Shown piece after piece: positions 10,088 through 20,803 of a stretch of DNA of 64,000 bases (the first letter of the stretch is position 1; each line of letters starts with the position of its first letter). Source of the DNA: an uncultured Gemmatimonadales bacterium (GTDB taxonomy: Bacteria; Gemmatimonadota; Gemmatimonadetes; Gemmatimonadales; GWC2-71-9). Location of the stretch: NCBI GenBank assembly GCA_963795085.1, contig CAWCFX010000001.1, positions 256,001 to 320,000 on the forward strand, in the 5' to 3' direction. The notes beneath the pieces are model-generated. The model did not search any database and was not told the DNA's origin. It saw nothing but the letters and a program-made list of their open reading frames with translations. Both the position numbers and the translations under genes were made by a program.

Positions 10088-10999
10088 GTGTCGCCCCAGC
10101 CGCTGGTCGCCGAATGGCTCGAGCACCTGGAGAAGGAGCGCCAGGTTTCGCCCCACACCGTGGCGGCGTACCGGCGGGACCTCGAGAGCTTCGTGGCGTT
10201 TGCCGGCCGGTACTATGACGGCCAGTGGGACTGGAAGTCGGTGGACCGCCTGGGACTGCGAGGCTTTCTCGGCGAGATGCAGCGCCGCGGCCTGGCCCGG
10301 CGCTCGGCGGCGCGGAGCCTGTCGGCGCTGCGCAGTTTCTATCGGTACCTGCAGGCCCACTGCGGCTACGATCTGAACCCGGTCAAGGGGACCCGGCTCC
10401 CCCGGCTGGACAAGCGGCTGCCGACCTATCTCGAGAAGGGGCAGACCGAATCGCTGTTCAAGAACGCGGAGACCGCCGCCCAGGCCGGCGACTTCGCCTC
10501 GCTCCGGGATATCGCGATCCTGGAGCTGTTCTATTCCAGCGGCCTCAGGCTCTCGGAGCTGGCGGGGCTGAGCTTGACCGACCTGGACCTGCTGTCCGAC
10601 CAGGTCAAGGTGCGGGGCAAGGGGCGCAAGGAGCGGATCGTCCCGGTGGGCGGGCGCGCGGTGCGGGTGCTGCGCCGGTACCTGGAGCGGCGCAACGAGT
10701 TCGCCGGGGCCCGGCCGGGCGACCGCCGGGCGGTGTTCATCAACCAGCGGGGCGGCCGGCTCTCGCCGCGCAGCATCCAGCGTTCCATGCACCGGCTGTT
10801 CGACGGGATCAGCGCCGACGGCATGCGGGTTCACTCGCTCCGGCACACTTTCGCCACCCACATGCTGGACGCGGGAGCCGACCTGCGGTCGGTGCAGGAG
10901 ATGCTGGGCCACGCGAGTTTGAGTACCACCCAGATCTACACCCACACCAGCGTGGAACGGCTGAAGAAAGTGTACCAGCAGGCGCATCCGAGGGCGTGA
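10088..10999 (+). CDS. xerC: Tyrosine recombinase XerC
   Basis: GLRLSEL, GKGRKER, HSLRHTFATH, LGHASLSTTQIYT; trmFO-xerC-hslVU synteny. Confidence 0.9.
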   Translation: MSPQPLVAEWLEHLEKERQVSPHTVAAYRRDLESFVAFAGRYYDGQWDWKSVDRLGLRGFLGEMQRRGLARRSAARSLSALRSFYRYLQAHCGYDLNPVKGTRLPRLDKRLPTYLEKGQTESLFKNAETAAQAGDFASLRDIAILELFYSSGLRLSELAGLSLTDLDLLSDQVKVRGKGRKERIVPVGGRAVRVLRRYLERRNEFAGARPGDRRAVFINQRGGRLSPRSIQRSMHRLFDGISADGMRVHSLRHTFATHMLDAGADLRSVQEMLGHASLSTTQIYTHTSVERLKKVYQQAHPRA

Positions 11000-11000
11000 G

Positions 11001-11064
11001 GTCAGTGGGTCAGTGGGTCAGTGAGTCAGTGGGTCAGTGAGTCAGTGGGTCAGTGGGTCAGTGG
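11001..11064 (+). repeat. Tandem 8-mer repeat (GTCAGTGR)x8
   Basis: Eight units read directly, starting 2 nt after the xerC stop. Confidence 0.95.
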
Positions 11065-11086
11065 CCCTTAGAGTGTAAGGAAAGGA

Positions 11087-11638
11087 TTGTTCCAATTGCA
11101 GCGATATCAATTCAGGCATACCACGATTCTCGCGGTTCGCAGGGATGGCAAGGTGGCCCTGGGCGGCGATGGGCAGGTGAGTTTCGGCGAGACGGTGATG
11201 AAGTCGCGCGCCAACAAGGTCCGGGCGCTCAAGAACGGCAAGGTGCTGGCGGGGTTCGCCGGTTCGGTGGCCGACGCGATCACGCTGTTCGAGAAGTTCG
11301 AGGAGAAGCTGGACCGCTATCCCGGCAACCTTCCGCGAGCGTCGGTGGAGCTGGCCAAGGACTGGCGCAGCGACCGGGTGCTGCGCCGGCTGGAGGCACT
11401 GCTCGTGGTGGCCGATACCGATCACATCTTCCTGCTCAGCGGGGCGGGGGAGCTGATCGAACCCGACGACGGGATTCTCGCCATCGGCTCGGGCGGCAAC
11501 TTCGCCCTGGCCGCGGCCCGGGCGCTCATGACCAGTTCCAGCCTCACGGCCAGGGAGATCGTGCAGCGCGGGCTGGAAATCGCGGCCGATATCTGCGTCT
11601 ATACCAATCCGAACATTACGATTGTGGAGCCGGCGTAG
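11087..11638 (+). CDS. hslV: ATP-dependent protease peptidase subunit HslV
   Basis: HTTILAV, GDGQV, GFAG, IGSGG, ICVYTN motifs. Confidence 0.95.
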   Translation: MFQLQRYQFRHTTILAVRRDGKVALGGDGQVSFGETVMKSRANKVRALKNGKVLAGFAGSVADAITLFEKFEEKLDRYPGNLPRASVELAKDWRSDRVLRRLEALLVVADTDHIFLLSGAGELIEPDDGILAIGSGGNFALAAARALMTSSSLTAREIVQRGLEIAADICVYTNPNITIVEPA

Positions 11639-11733
11639 CGCATCGCGGGTAGCGGGTGCGCCACTGGCCGTTGCCCAGGAGCCAGCCGCCCCGTGTCATC
11701 CGCCATCGCCGGCCGCCCAATGAAAGCAGGCAT

Positions 11734-13214
<1,481 letters not shown>

Positions 13215-13215
<1 letters not shown>

Positions 13216-13349
13216 TGCAGCGTGCAGCGTGCAGCGTGCAGCGTGCAGCGTGCAGCGTGCAGCGTGCAGCGTGCAGCGTGCAGCGTGCAGCGTGCAGCGT
13301 GCAGCGTGCAGCGTGCTGAGGGCAGAGTACTGAGTACTGAGTACTGAGT
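13215..13349 (+). repeat. Tandem 7-mer repeats (GTGCAGC)x14 followed by (GAGTACT)x3.5
   Basis: Read directly: 13215-13316 and 13325-13349; starts in the hslU stop codon. Confidence 0.95.
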
Positions 13350-13390
13350 GAAGTGTAATTCCGCATGACTACCCCACGAGGGGACACGGT

Positions 13391-14536
13391 GTGAGCCCGC
13401 TTTCCGACATCGAGTTGCTGGGCCGGCTGGTCGGGTTTGACTCGGTCAGCCGGAACAGCAACCTCCCGCTGGCCGACTTCATCTGCGACTACCTGGATGG
13501 CCGCGGGTTCCGGATTTCCCGGAACCCGAGTGCGGACGGGGAGAAGTCCAACGTGGTGGTGATGGCCGGGCCGGACGGCGACGAGCGCCGGAATGGGCTG
13601 ACGCTTTCCGGGCACATGGACGTCGTCCCCGCCGATGAGCCGGGCTGGGAGTCCGATCCTTTCACCCTGGCCGCCCGGGACGGCGCGCTCTACGGGCGCG
13701 GCGCCTGCGACATGAAGGGCTTCCTCGCCGTGGCGATGAACCGGATGGCCGCGGTGCCCCCGGCGAACCTCAAGGCTCCGCTCGCGCTGGTGTTCACCTA
13801 CGACGAAGAGGTCGGCACCATGGGCGCCCGGCGCCTGGTGGAGCACTGGCCCGATTCAGCCCGGCTCCCCCGGCGCACCATCATCGGAGAGCCCACCTCG
13901 ATGCGGGTGGCCCGGATGCACAAGGGACACATCAAGCTCCGCTTCACCTTTCCCGGGCGTAGCGCCCACAGCGGATACCCCCACCTCGGCAGGAACGCGA
14001 TCGAGCCGGCCGGCCGGGCGATCGTGGCCCTGTCCGAGCTTCGAGCGGCGCTGGAGGCTGAGCGGCCCCCGCTGGGCCACCACTTCGACCCGGTCCCCTT
14101 CGTCACGTTGAACATCGCCCAGGTCGGGGGAGGCGTGGCGGTCAATATCGTCCCCGACCGCTGCGTCCTGGATATCGGTTTCCGGCTGTTGCCCGGCATG
14201 GAGCGTGACCCCATGGTGGCGCGAATCCGCCAAACGGTTGCCGCCGCCGTTGGTACCGGAGACCTCGGGTTCGAGCTGGTGAATGAAAGTCCCCCCATGC
14301 TGCTCGATGGCCAGTCGGACGTCTTTCACGCTGCCTGCGCGGAGGCTCACCAGGCGGGTGAGCATACCATCGCGTTCACGACCGATGGCGGCTGGTTCAG
14401 CCGGGCCGGGTTGGATTGCGTCATATTCGGACCCGGTGCCATCGAGGTGGCCCACCGGCCCAACGAGTTCATTCCGGTGGCCGAGCTCGAGGCGTGTGCT
14501 GCGGCGCTCGGCCGGTTGATTCACCGATTCTGCTGA
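13391..14536 (+). CDS. argE: M20 family amidohydrolase, acetylornithine deacetylase-like
   Basis: SGHMDVVP, GRGACDMKG, DEEVG, GEPT, AHS, FGPG..VAH motifs. Confidence 0.8.
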   Translation: MSPLSDIELLGRLVGFDSVSRNSNLPLADFICDYLDGRGFRISRNPSADGEKSNVVVMAGPDGDERRNGLTLSGHMDVVPADEPGWESDPFTLAARDGALYGRGACDMKGFLAVAMNRMAAVPPANLKAPLALVFTYDEEVGTMGARRLVEHWPDSARLPRRTIIGEPTSMRVARMHKGHIKLRFTFPGRSAHSGYPHLGRNAIEPAGRAIVALSELRAALEAERPPLGHHFDPVPFVTLNIAQVGGGVAVNIVPDRCVLDIGFRLLPGMERDPMVARIRQTVAAAVGTGDLGFELVNESPPMLLDGQSDVFHAACAEAHQAGEHTIAFTTDGGWFSRAGLDCVIFGPGAIEVAHRPNEFIPVAELEACAAALGRLIHRFC

Positions 14537-14547
14537 CCAGGCAGACT

Positions 14548-15200
14548 GCCTCACCACGGAGGCACGGAATGCACGGAGGCTACACGGAATGCGTAGTGTT
14601 CGGTACCTCGGGATGGCTGGTTCCTTCAACTGCTTACCGCAGAGGTGCAAAGAACGCAAAGGAGCGCTGAGAGCAGCTCTGCTGATGCCGCGTTGCAACG
14701 ATTGATTGAGCGATTCTACTGAGCGGGGAAACAGCCTCACCATGGAGCCACGGATGCACGGAGGCTACACGGAATGCGTCGTGTTCGGTACGTCGGGATG
14801 GCTGGTTCCTTCAACTGCTTCACCGCAAAGGCGCAAAGAACGCAACGGAGCGCTGAGAACAGCTCTGCTGATGGGGGGAACGGCCTCACCACGGAGGCAC
14901 GGAATTGGCGGAGGCTGCACGGGGAAAAGCTCAGGGCTCGGTACTTCCGGGACGGCTGGTTCCTTCAACTGCTTCTCAAGCAAAGCGCCTTTGCGGTGAG
15001 CCGTTGCAGTTGCTGTTTGATCCAGTCGTTTGATGCGGACGGTGCACGGAAACGGGCAATCCAATGCGAGTGCCTCTGCGCTTCCTGGCGTTCTTTGTGC
15101 CTTTGCGGTAACGCAGTCGCAGTTGCTGTTGACCCAAATGCGTGATGCTAACGGTGCGCTTCCGTGCCGCCTCCGTGAACTCCGTGTCTTCGTGGTGAGC
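14548..15200. repeat. Composite REP/BIME-like element: about 2.7 direct copies of a ~140-bp unit followed by inverted sub-units
   Basis: Units start at about 14548, 14733 and 14883 (GCCTCACCACGGAGGCACGG...GGCTGGTTCCTTCAACTGCTT); reverse-complement copies at about 15074-15110 and 15160-15200. Confidence 0.85.
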
Positions 15201-15222
15201 TTTTTTCCTCTGGAGATGACCC

Positions 15223-16515
15223 TTGCCGGTTCCCCGAATCGTTGAAGCTGACTGGACCTGGACCGGCAGGAACTTCGAGCCGGGGATACAGCTGTCGATC
15301 GATGCGCGAGGGATCATCGAGAATGTCGGCCGGCTTGGTGCGCCGGCCACCGAACGACTGGTGGGCCAGGCGCTGCTGCCCGGCATGATCAACGCCCACT
15401 CCCACGCCTTTCAGCGCGGGCTTCGGGGCCTGGGGGACCGGTTTCCCGAGGGCGCCGGTGATTTCTGGACCTGGCGGGAGGCGATGTACGACCTGGTGGA
15501 CCGGCTGGAGCCCGAATCGTTCCATCGGGTCTGCGTCCAGGCGTTTCGCGAGATGCTCGCCTCCGGCACCACCACGGTGGGCGAGTTTCACTACTTCCAT
15601 CATACCCGCGACACCCATGACTTCGCCTTTGACCGGCTGGTTCTCCAGGCGGCGAAGGAGGCCGGGATCCGCATGGTGCTGCTGCTGGCGTATTACCGCA
15701 CCGGCGGCATCGGCCGCCCGCTGGAAGGCGGCCAGCGCCGGTTTGCGACCACCAGCCCGGAGGAGTACTGGGCGGCGATGGACCGGTTGGTGCCGCACCT
15801 GGACTCGTCGCTCCAGACCGTGGGGGCGGTGGCGCACTCGATCCGCGCCGCCACGCCCCACGAGATCGGCGTCCTGCACCAGGAATCCCGCCGCCGGGGC
15901 CTGCCCTTTCATATCCACGTGGAGGAACAGCGGAAGGAGATCGAGGATTCGCTGGCCTGCTACGGGGCCCGGCCGATGGCCCTGCTCACCGGAACGCTGG
16001 CGGACTGCTCCAATGTCACCGCGATCCACTGTACCCATACCGAACCGGCGGACATGGACCGCTATCTCGACCAGGGAGGACGGGTCTGTCTCTGTCCGTT
16101 GACGGAGGGGAACCTGGGGGACGGGATTCCCCGGCTCGAAGCCGCCGGCCGCGCCGGCAACCGGCTCTGCCTGGGGAGCGATTCGAACAACCGGATCTCG
16201 ATGTTCGAGGACATGCGCTGGATGGAATACGGACAGCGGCTTGCCCGGCAGGGCCGCGGCGTCCTGCGCCCCGCCGATGGCTACGTCGGCCGGACCCTGT
16301 TCGAGGCGGCCACCATCGGCGGGGGTGCCGCGCTGGGGCTCTCCGCCGGGGCGCTGGCGCCGGGCGCCCCCGCGGACTTCTTCCTGCTGGATCTCTCCCA
16401 CGACCTGCTGGCGGGGTGGACGCCGGAGGGGCTGCTCGACATGATGATCTTCGGTTCCGATTCCTCCATCGTGGCCGCTACCGCCGTGGGCGGGCGGTGG
16501 GTGTACCGCCGCTAG
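15223..16515 (+). CDS. hutF: Formimidoylglutamate deiminase
   Basis: NAHSHAFQR, DFWTWRE, GEFHY, HSIRA, CPLTEGNLGDG, GSDSN. Confidence 0.88.
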   Translation: MPVPRIVEADWTWTGRNFEPGIQLSIDARGIIENVGRLGAPATERLVGQALLPGMINAHSHAFQRGLRGLGDRFPEGAGDFWTWREAMYDLVDRLEPESFHRVCVQAFREMLASGTTTVGEFHYFHHTRDTHDFAFDRLVLQAAKEAGIRMVLLLAYYRTGGIGRPLEGGQRRFATTSPEEYWAAMDRLVPHLDSSLQTVGAVAHSIRAATPHEIGVLHQESRRRGLPFHIHVEEQRKEIEDSLACYGARPMALLTGTLADCSNVTAIHCTHTEPADMDRYLDQGGRVCLCPLTEGNLGDGIPRLEAAGRAGNRLCLGSDSNNRISMFEDMRWMEYGQRLARQGRGVLRPADGYVGRTLFEAATIGGGAALGLSAGALAPGAPADFFLLDLSHDLLAGWTPEGLLDMMIFGSDSSIVAATAVGGRWVYRR

Positions 16516-16922
16516 GCTGCCGCCTTCTCGAGGTTGAGCATCCACTGGATGCCGAACCGGTCCCGGAGCATCCCGAAGCGCGCATTCCAGAACGTGTCCT
16601 GCAGCGGCATCACCACCTGGCCTCCCTCCGCCAGCTTGGCAAAACAGGCGTCCTGTTCCGGCTGGCTCTCGCAGTTGATCACGGTCCACACGTTGTCGCC
16701 CTGGGACACCGGCACTCCCGGCATCGGATCGGACGCCATGAGGACGGCGGTGCCGTTGCTGAGCCGGGCGTGCATGACGAGGTCGGCAGCGCCGGGCGGC
16801 GTCTCGCCGGGACCCTGGCCGAAGGTGCGGATATTCAGGTCGCCCCCGAAGCACCCCTGGTAGAAGGTCATCGCTTCGCGGCAGTTGCCGTCGAAGGTGA
16901 AGTAGGTCGTGAACGCTTTCAT
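16512..16922 (-). CDS. VOC/glyoxalase family protein (PhnB-like)
   Basis: YFTFDGNCREAMTFY, VMHARL, MPLQDTFW, DRFGIQWM; AAGGAG RBS before ATG at 16922. Confidence 0.88.
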   Translation of the reverse strand: MKAFTTYFTFDGNCREAMTFYQGCFGGDLNIRTFGQGPGETPPGAADLVMHARLSNGTAVLMASDPMPGVPVSQGDNVWTVINCESQPEQDACFAKLAEGGQVVMPLQDTFWNARFGMLRDRFGIQWMLNLEKAAA

Positions 16923-16933
16923 GCAAAGCTCCT

Positions 16934-18394
16934 TTAGTGGCCGGGGCCGATATCCACCACGATGCGGCGCCACTTGCCCTGGTTGAACCGGAGCACGCTC
17001 AGCGCCGAGCGGGTGAAGTGGCCGATGAGGATGGCGACCCAGATGTCGATCGCGTCGAGGTGGCCGGTCTGCTGGATGACGAAGCAGATGCCGAGGGGAA
17101 TGACGATCTGCGAGACGATGGAGATGTAGAGCGGGCTCCGGGTGTCGCCGGTGCCCTGCAGCCCCCCGGTGTAGGTCAGCGCTACCGCGATAAAGATTCC
17201 GGAGACGCTCAAGACCCGGAGCAGCTGGACCCCGATGTCCACCACCACCGGCTCGTTCATGCCGAAGATGGCCAGCAGCTGCCGGGGCATGAAGAAAAAG
17301 AAGATCCCGATGCAGGCCGCGCCGGCGCCGGCAAACCGGGCGGCCACGTGCACGGCCTCTTCCGCCCGCTCCGGTTTCCCGGCGCCGAGGTTCTGGCCCG
17401 CCACCGCGGCCGCGGCGCCCATGAGGCCGATGGACGTCCAGGTGATCAGCGAAAACAGCTGGGAGTAGGACACCGCGAACGCCGCCTGGGCGGCGGCGCT
17501 CTGGGCCAGCGAGCCGATGAACGCCAGCATGAAGATCCCGCCCACGTTCATGGCGATGCCCTGGATGCCGGTCGGCAGGCCGAACCGGAACAGCGACTTG
17601 ATGATGGTCCAGTCGGGACCCCACCCCTTCCCCCGGGGAAACGACACCACCCAGCCGCCGCGCCACAGCTTGACCATGGCGTAGAGGGCCACCAGCCCCG
17701 AGGCAATCACGGTGCCCATGGCCGAGCCGGCGGTGCCGAAGGCCGGAACGGGACCCATCCCGGTAATCAACACCACGTTGAGCACCAGGTTCAGGATCGT
17801 CATCGCGATGCCGAGGACCATCGGGGTCCGGGCATCGCCGGCGGAGCGAAGCGCGCCGCTCAGCATGTAGAACACCAGCATCCCGCTGCTGAACAGGAAC
17901 ATGATCCGGAGAAACGGCAGCGCTTCCGCCTTCACCGCGGGCGCGGCATTGACCAGGTCGAGCAGGCTGGGCGAGAGGAAGTAACCGACCGGGGCCATGA
18001 CCCCGATGGAGATGAACGCCGCCGTGAGGAACGCCTGGTACACCGTGCGGTCCACCTTCTCGTGGTCGTTCGCGCCGGCGAACCGGGCCACCAGCACGCT
18101 CATGCCGGTGAAGAGGGAGGTGATGAACACGATCACGATAATGATGATCTGCCAGGCCACCCCGATCGCGGCATTGCCGGTGTACCCCACCAGGTGGCCC
18201 ACCAGCACGTTATCCACGATGCCCTGGAGGCCGCCGATGATGTTGGTGAGCATCGAAGGCCAGGCGATCTTCCAGACGGCGGAGCGGAGGGGGCCTTCCA
18301 CGATGGACCGGTCGTAGCGGCCCGCCGGCGCCGGCGGAGGCGGGACGCTGGGCGCGGCAGGAGCCGGGGGAACCGGGGCGCTAGGGGCGGACAT
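16934..18394 (-). CDS. MATE family efflux transporter
   Basis: About 12 hydrophobic segments; GDARTPM, GQNLGAG, GTGDTRSP motifs. Confidence 0.92.
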   Translation of the reverse strand: MSAPSAPVPPAPAAPSVPPPPAPAGRYDRSIVEGPLRSAVWKIAWPSMLTNIIGGLQGIVDNVLVGHLVGYTGNAAIGVAWQIIIIVIVFITSLFTGMSVLVARFAGANDHEKVDRTVYQAFLTAAFISIGVMAPVGYFLSPSLLDLVNAAPAVKAEALPFLRIMFLFSSGMLVFYMLSGALRSAGDARTPMVLGIAMTILNLVLNVVLITGMGPVPAFGTAGSAMGTVIASGLVALYAMVKLWRGGWVVSFPRGKGWGPDWTIIKSLFRFGLPTGIQGIAMNVGGIFMLAFIGSLAQSAAAQAAFAVSYSQLFSLITWTSIGLMGAAAAVAGQNLGAGKPERAEEAVHVAARFAGAGAACIGIFFFFMPRQLLAIFGMNEPVVVDIGVQLLRVLSVSGIFIAVALTYTGGLQGTGDTRSPLYISIVSQIVIPLGICFVIQQTGHLDAIDIWVAILIGHFTRSALSVLRFNQGKWRRIVVDIGPGH

Positions 18395-18573
18395 GGGTCA
18401 TCGGGGGTGTGGCATGCAGGGGGCCAGCTCCAGGCGCTTGAGGCAAGGTCGTTGTAAGCTAACCAAGGACGGAGAATCGGTCGCCAAGGTTACGGCGCCT
18501 TGGGGATCGGCCGCCTCGCGCTCCCGCGCCCCTGAACTGGCCCAATCGGCTCCGCGTGGGTATCCTGCCTTCC

Positions 18574-18792
18574 ATGTCCATCGTCACCGTGGCAACCTTC
18601 AGTACCGAGGTCGAAGCCCAGATCGCCCAGGCTACGCTGGAGGCCAATGGCATCGCCTCGATCATCGTTCGGGACGACGCCGGCGGGATGCTTCCCTCCC
18701 TCCATATCCTGGTCAACGTCAAGCTGGCGGTTCAGGAAGCGGATGAGGAACTGGCTAGGGAGATCCTCGCCGAACCCGAATCAGGCCCCTGA
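18574..18792 (+). CDS. DUF2007-type small protein
   Basis: VATF..EVEAQIAQATLEANGI and L.V.E.D.E.AREIL pattern. Confidence 0.7.
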   Translation: MSIVTVATFSTEVEAQIAQATLEANGIASIIVRDDAGGMLPSLHILVNVKLAVQEADEELAREILAEPESGP

Positions 18793-19624
18793 ACGAAATC
18801 GCCTGCACCATGGCGCCCCCCCTTCCCACCACGATCTCCTTGACTCCCTCCCGCTTTCTCGCCGCCGTTCCGCTCTGGTTGTCTACCGCGCCCTGGATAC
18901 TCTGTGCCCGGATGGTGGCGTTGGCGGCTGACGGCAGCCGGATCCCGACCATCCCCGAATGGGTCTGCAGGGTGTAATCGCCCCCTTCCATCAGGGCGCC
19001 GGAGAAGGTCACATCGCCCCGAAGGGTGACCGCCTTGATCCGCGCCGCCGAGCTGTTGGTGACGGAGATGTTGCCGGATGAGCTCTCCAGCGTGGCGTCC
19101 GAGGCGGCGCCGGTGAGGGTGATAGTGCCGGCGGAGGTGTTCACCGCGACCGAGCCCGTGGCGTTGGAGACGGAGACGGCCCCGGCGCTGGTTTCGATCG
19201 TGACCGTACCGCCGGTCCCGCTCACCTTCACGTCGCCGTTGGCGCTCCTGATCCGGACGGAACCGGAGACGGCGCTGACATCCACCGTCCCGGTACGGGT
19301 GAGAACCTCCAGGTGAAGGCCCCGGGGAATGGTGACCTCGAGGGCGGCCGGCTGGCCATTGGCCATCGGCCCGGTGACGACTCGGCCGATCTCCAGCATT
19401 GAGCCGGTGCGATCGTAGTTGATGCGATCCGCGGCCGGCATGGTGGCGCGCAACTGGATCTCGGGACGGTCGCCACCCCGGACCACGATGCCGCCGATTG
19501 GGTTCCGCAGGAACAGCCGCCCGCCGGGCTCGACGGCCAGGGTGGTGTCGATCGTCTGCTGGGCCTCTCCCGCTTTTGCGGTCGCCGCCAAGGCGAGCAG
19601 GGCCAGCGCCATGGTTTTCGTCAC
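18755..19624 (-). CDS. Secreted DUF4097-type beta-strand repeat protein
   Basis: Signal peptide; repeated T.SG.I.V beta-helix units; last gene of the ECF operon. Confidence 0.75.
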   Translation of the reverse strand: MTKTMALALLALAATAKAGEAQQTIDTTLAVEPGGRLFLRNPIGGIVVRGGDRPEIQLRATMPAADRINYDRTGSMLEIGRVVTGPMANGQPAALEVTIPRGLHLEVLTRTGTVDVSAVSGSVRIRSANGDVKVSGTGGTVTIETSAGAVSVSNATGSVAVNTSAGTITLTGAASDATLESSSGNISVTNSSAARIKAVTLRGDVTFSGALMEGGDYTLQTHSGMVGIRLPSAANATIRAQSIQGAVDNQSGTAARKREGVKEIVVGRGGAMVQAISFRGLIRVRRGSP

Positions 19625-19626
19625 GG

Positions 19627-20118
19627 TCAGCTTTCTCCCTGGATCATTTCGAGAAACCCGAGGAGTACCCGGGTCTTCCGGTTCTGGGCATAGGCGATCT
19701 CCCGGCGGACCAGCTCCTCCTGCTCGCTCGTCGTCGCCGGGTAGCTCCGGAGCTCGGCGATCACCCCGTCCACCAGCGCGAGATCGCTATCCAATTGTTC
19801 GATATCGTCCGGGGTGGCGCCCGCCGTCCGGGCCCGGACGGCAGTCTCCAGCTCCACAAGAGCTATTTCGGGGGCGCTGAGCGCGATTGCCGGAACGACC
19901 GTCTCCGGCCGCCTCCAGACCACGAGCGCGATCGCCGCCGCGGTGGCGAGAGGAACAGCGGTCCGCCAGGCCCGCCGCAGGGCGGCCGACTTCCGCCGTC
20001 CCGTGTCCCTCGCACGAAGGACGCCCTGCCAGACCCGGTCGGCCGGGAACCCCGGCGGCGGGTTTACCCGGCCGAGCTCGTCCTTGAGCTCGCGATCTTC
20101 GCTGTGGTGTTGAGTCAT
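19627..20118 (-). CDS. Putative single-TM anti-sigma factor
   Basis: Coupled to the ECF sigma gene (ATGA overlap); central TM AVPLATAAAIALVVW. Confidence 0.65.
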   Translation of the reverse strand: MTQHHSEDRELKDELGRVNPPPGFPADRVWQGVLRARDTGRRKSAALRRAWRTAVPLATAAAIALVVWRRPETVVPAIALSAPEIALVELETAVRARTAGATPDDIEQLDSDLALVDGVIAELRSYPATTSEQEELVRREIAYAQNRKTRVLLGFLEMIQGES

Positions 20119-20723
20119 CGCCAATCCTCCCGATGGGGACCCAGGGACGAGCGGACCGTCTCCCGGGCCCGGGAGAGCCGCATCCGGCAGGCGCCGGCCG
20201 AAAGTCCCAGGGCGGCGGCGATCTCCTCGTGGGTGTATCCCTCGACATCGAACATGGTGAGCACCATCCGCTGGTCGGCCGGCATCGTCTCCAGGATTTC
20301 CGTCAACCGGGTGATCAGGTCCGGCTCGACCGGCCGCTCCGCGCTCCGCAACTCAAGCGCTTCACCCCCATCAAGGGGAACAGTTCGGCGGACCCACGAT
20401 TTCCGCTTGCGCAGTCCATTCAGAATGACCGAGGTCGCTACCCGGTGCAGCCACGTTCCCAGCGAAGACTCAAACCGGAACTGGCCCAGCCGGTCGAGGA
20501 CCCGGACGAAAACCTCCTGGGTCAGGTCCTCCGCCACCCCCTGGTCTCCCGCCAACCGGTACGCCAGCCGGAAGACCCGCTCGCCATAGCGATCGAAGAT
20601 GGCGCGCTGGGCCACCTCGTCCCCGCCGGTGGCCCGACGGACGAGCTCGTCCTCTTCAACCGCCACGCGGGCCTCATCGGTTCCGGTCACAGGGTTGGAC
20701 ACGGGGATGGGACCGGATGTCAC
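20115..20723 (-). CDS. ECF RNA polymerase sigma factor
   Basis: AEDLTQEVF, F...SSLGTWLHRVA, EGYTHEEIA, RLSRAR. Confidence 0.92.
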   Translation of the reverse strand: MTSGPIPVSNPVTGTDEARVAVEEDELVRRATGGDEVAQRAIFDRYGERVFRLAYRLAGDQGVAEDLTQEVFVRVLDRLGQFRFESSLGTWLHRVATSVILNGLRKRKSWVRRTVPLDGGEALELRSAERPVEPDLITRLTEILETMPADQRMVLTMFDVEGYTHEEIAAALGLSAGACRMRLSRARETVRSSLGPHREDWR

Positions 20724-20803
20724 GCGGTGACAGCGGCAGGGGTGGAAGTGTCAAACTGGGTCACAAGTTGGTCCTCCCGTACCCGGTTCACTGGAGAGTT
20801 CCC

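Noticed and set aside
10088..10999. Phage or island integrase
   Set aside because: Sits in the conserved topA-trmFO-xerC-hslVU housekeeping context with host-like codon usage
14548..14975. CRISPR array
   Set aside because: Repeat units are about 140 bp, degenerate and contiguous, with no unique equal-length spacers and no cas genes
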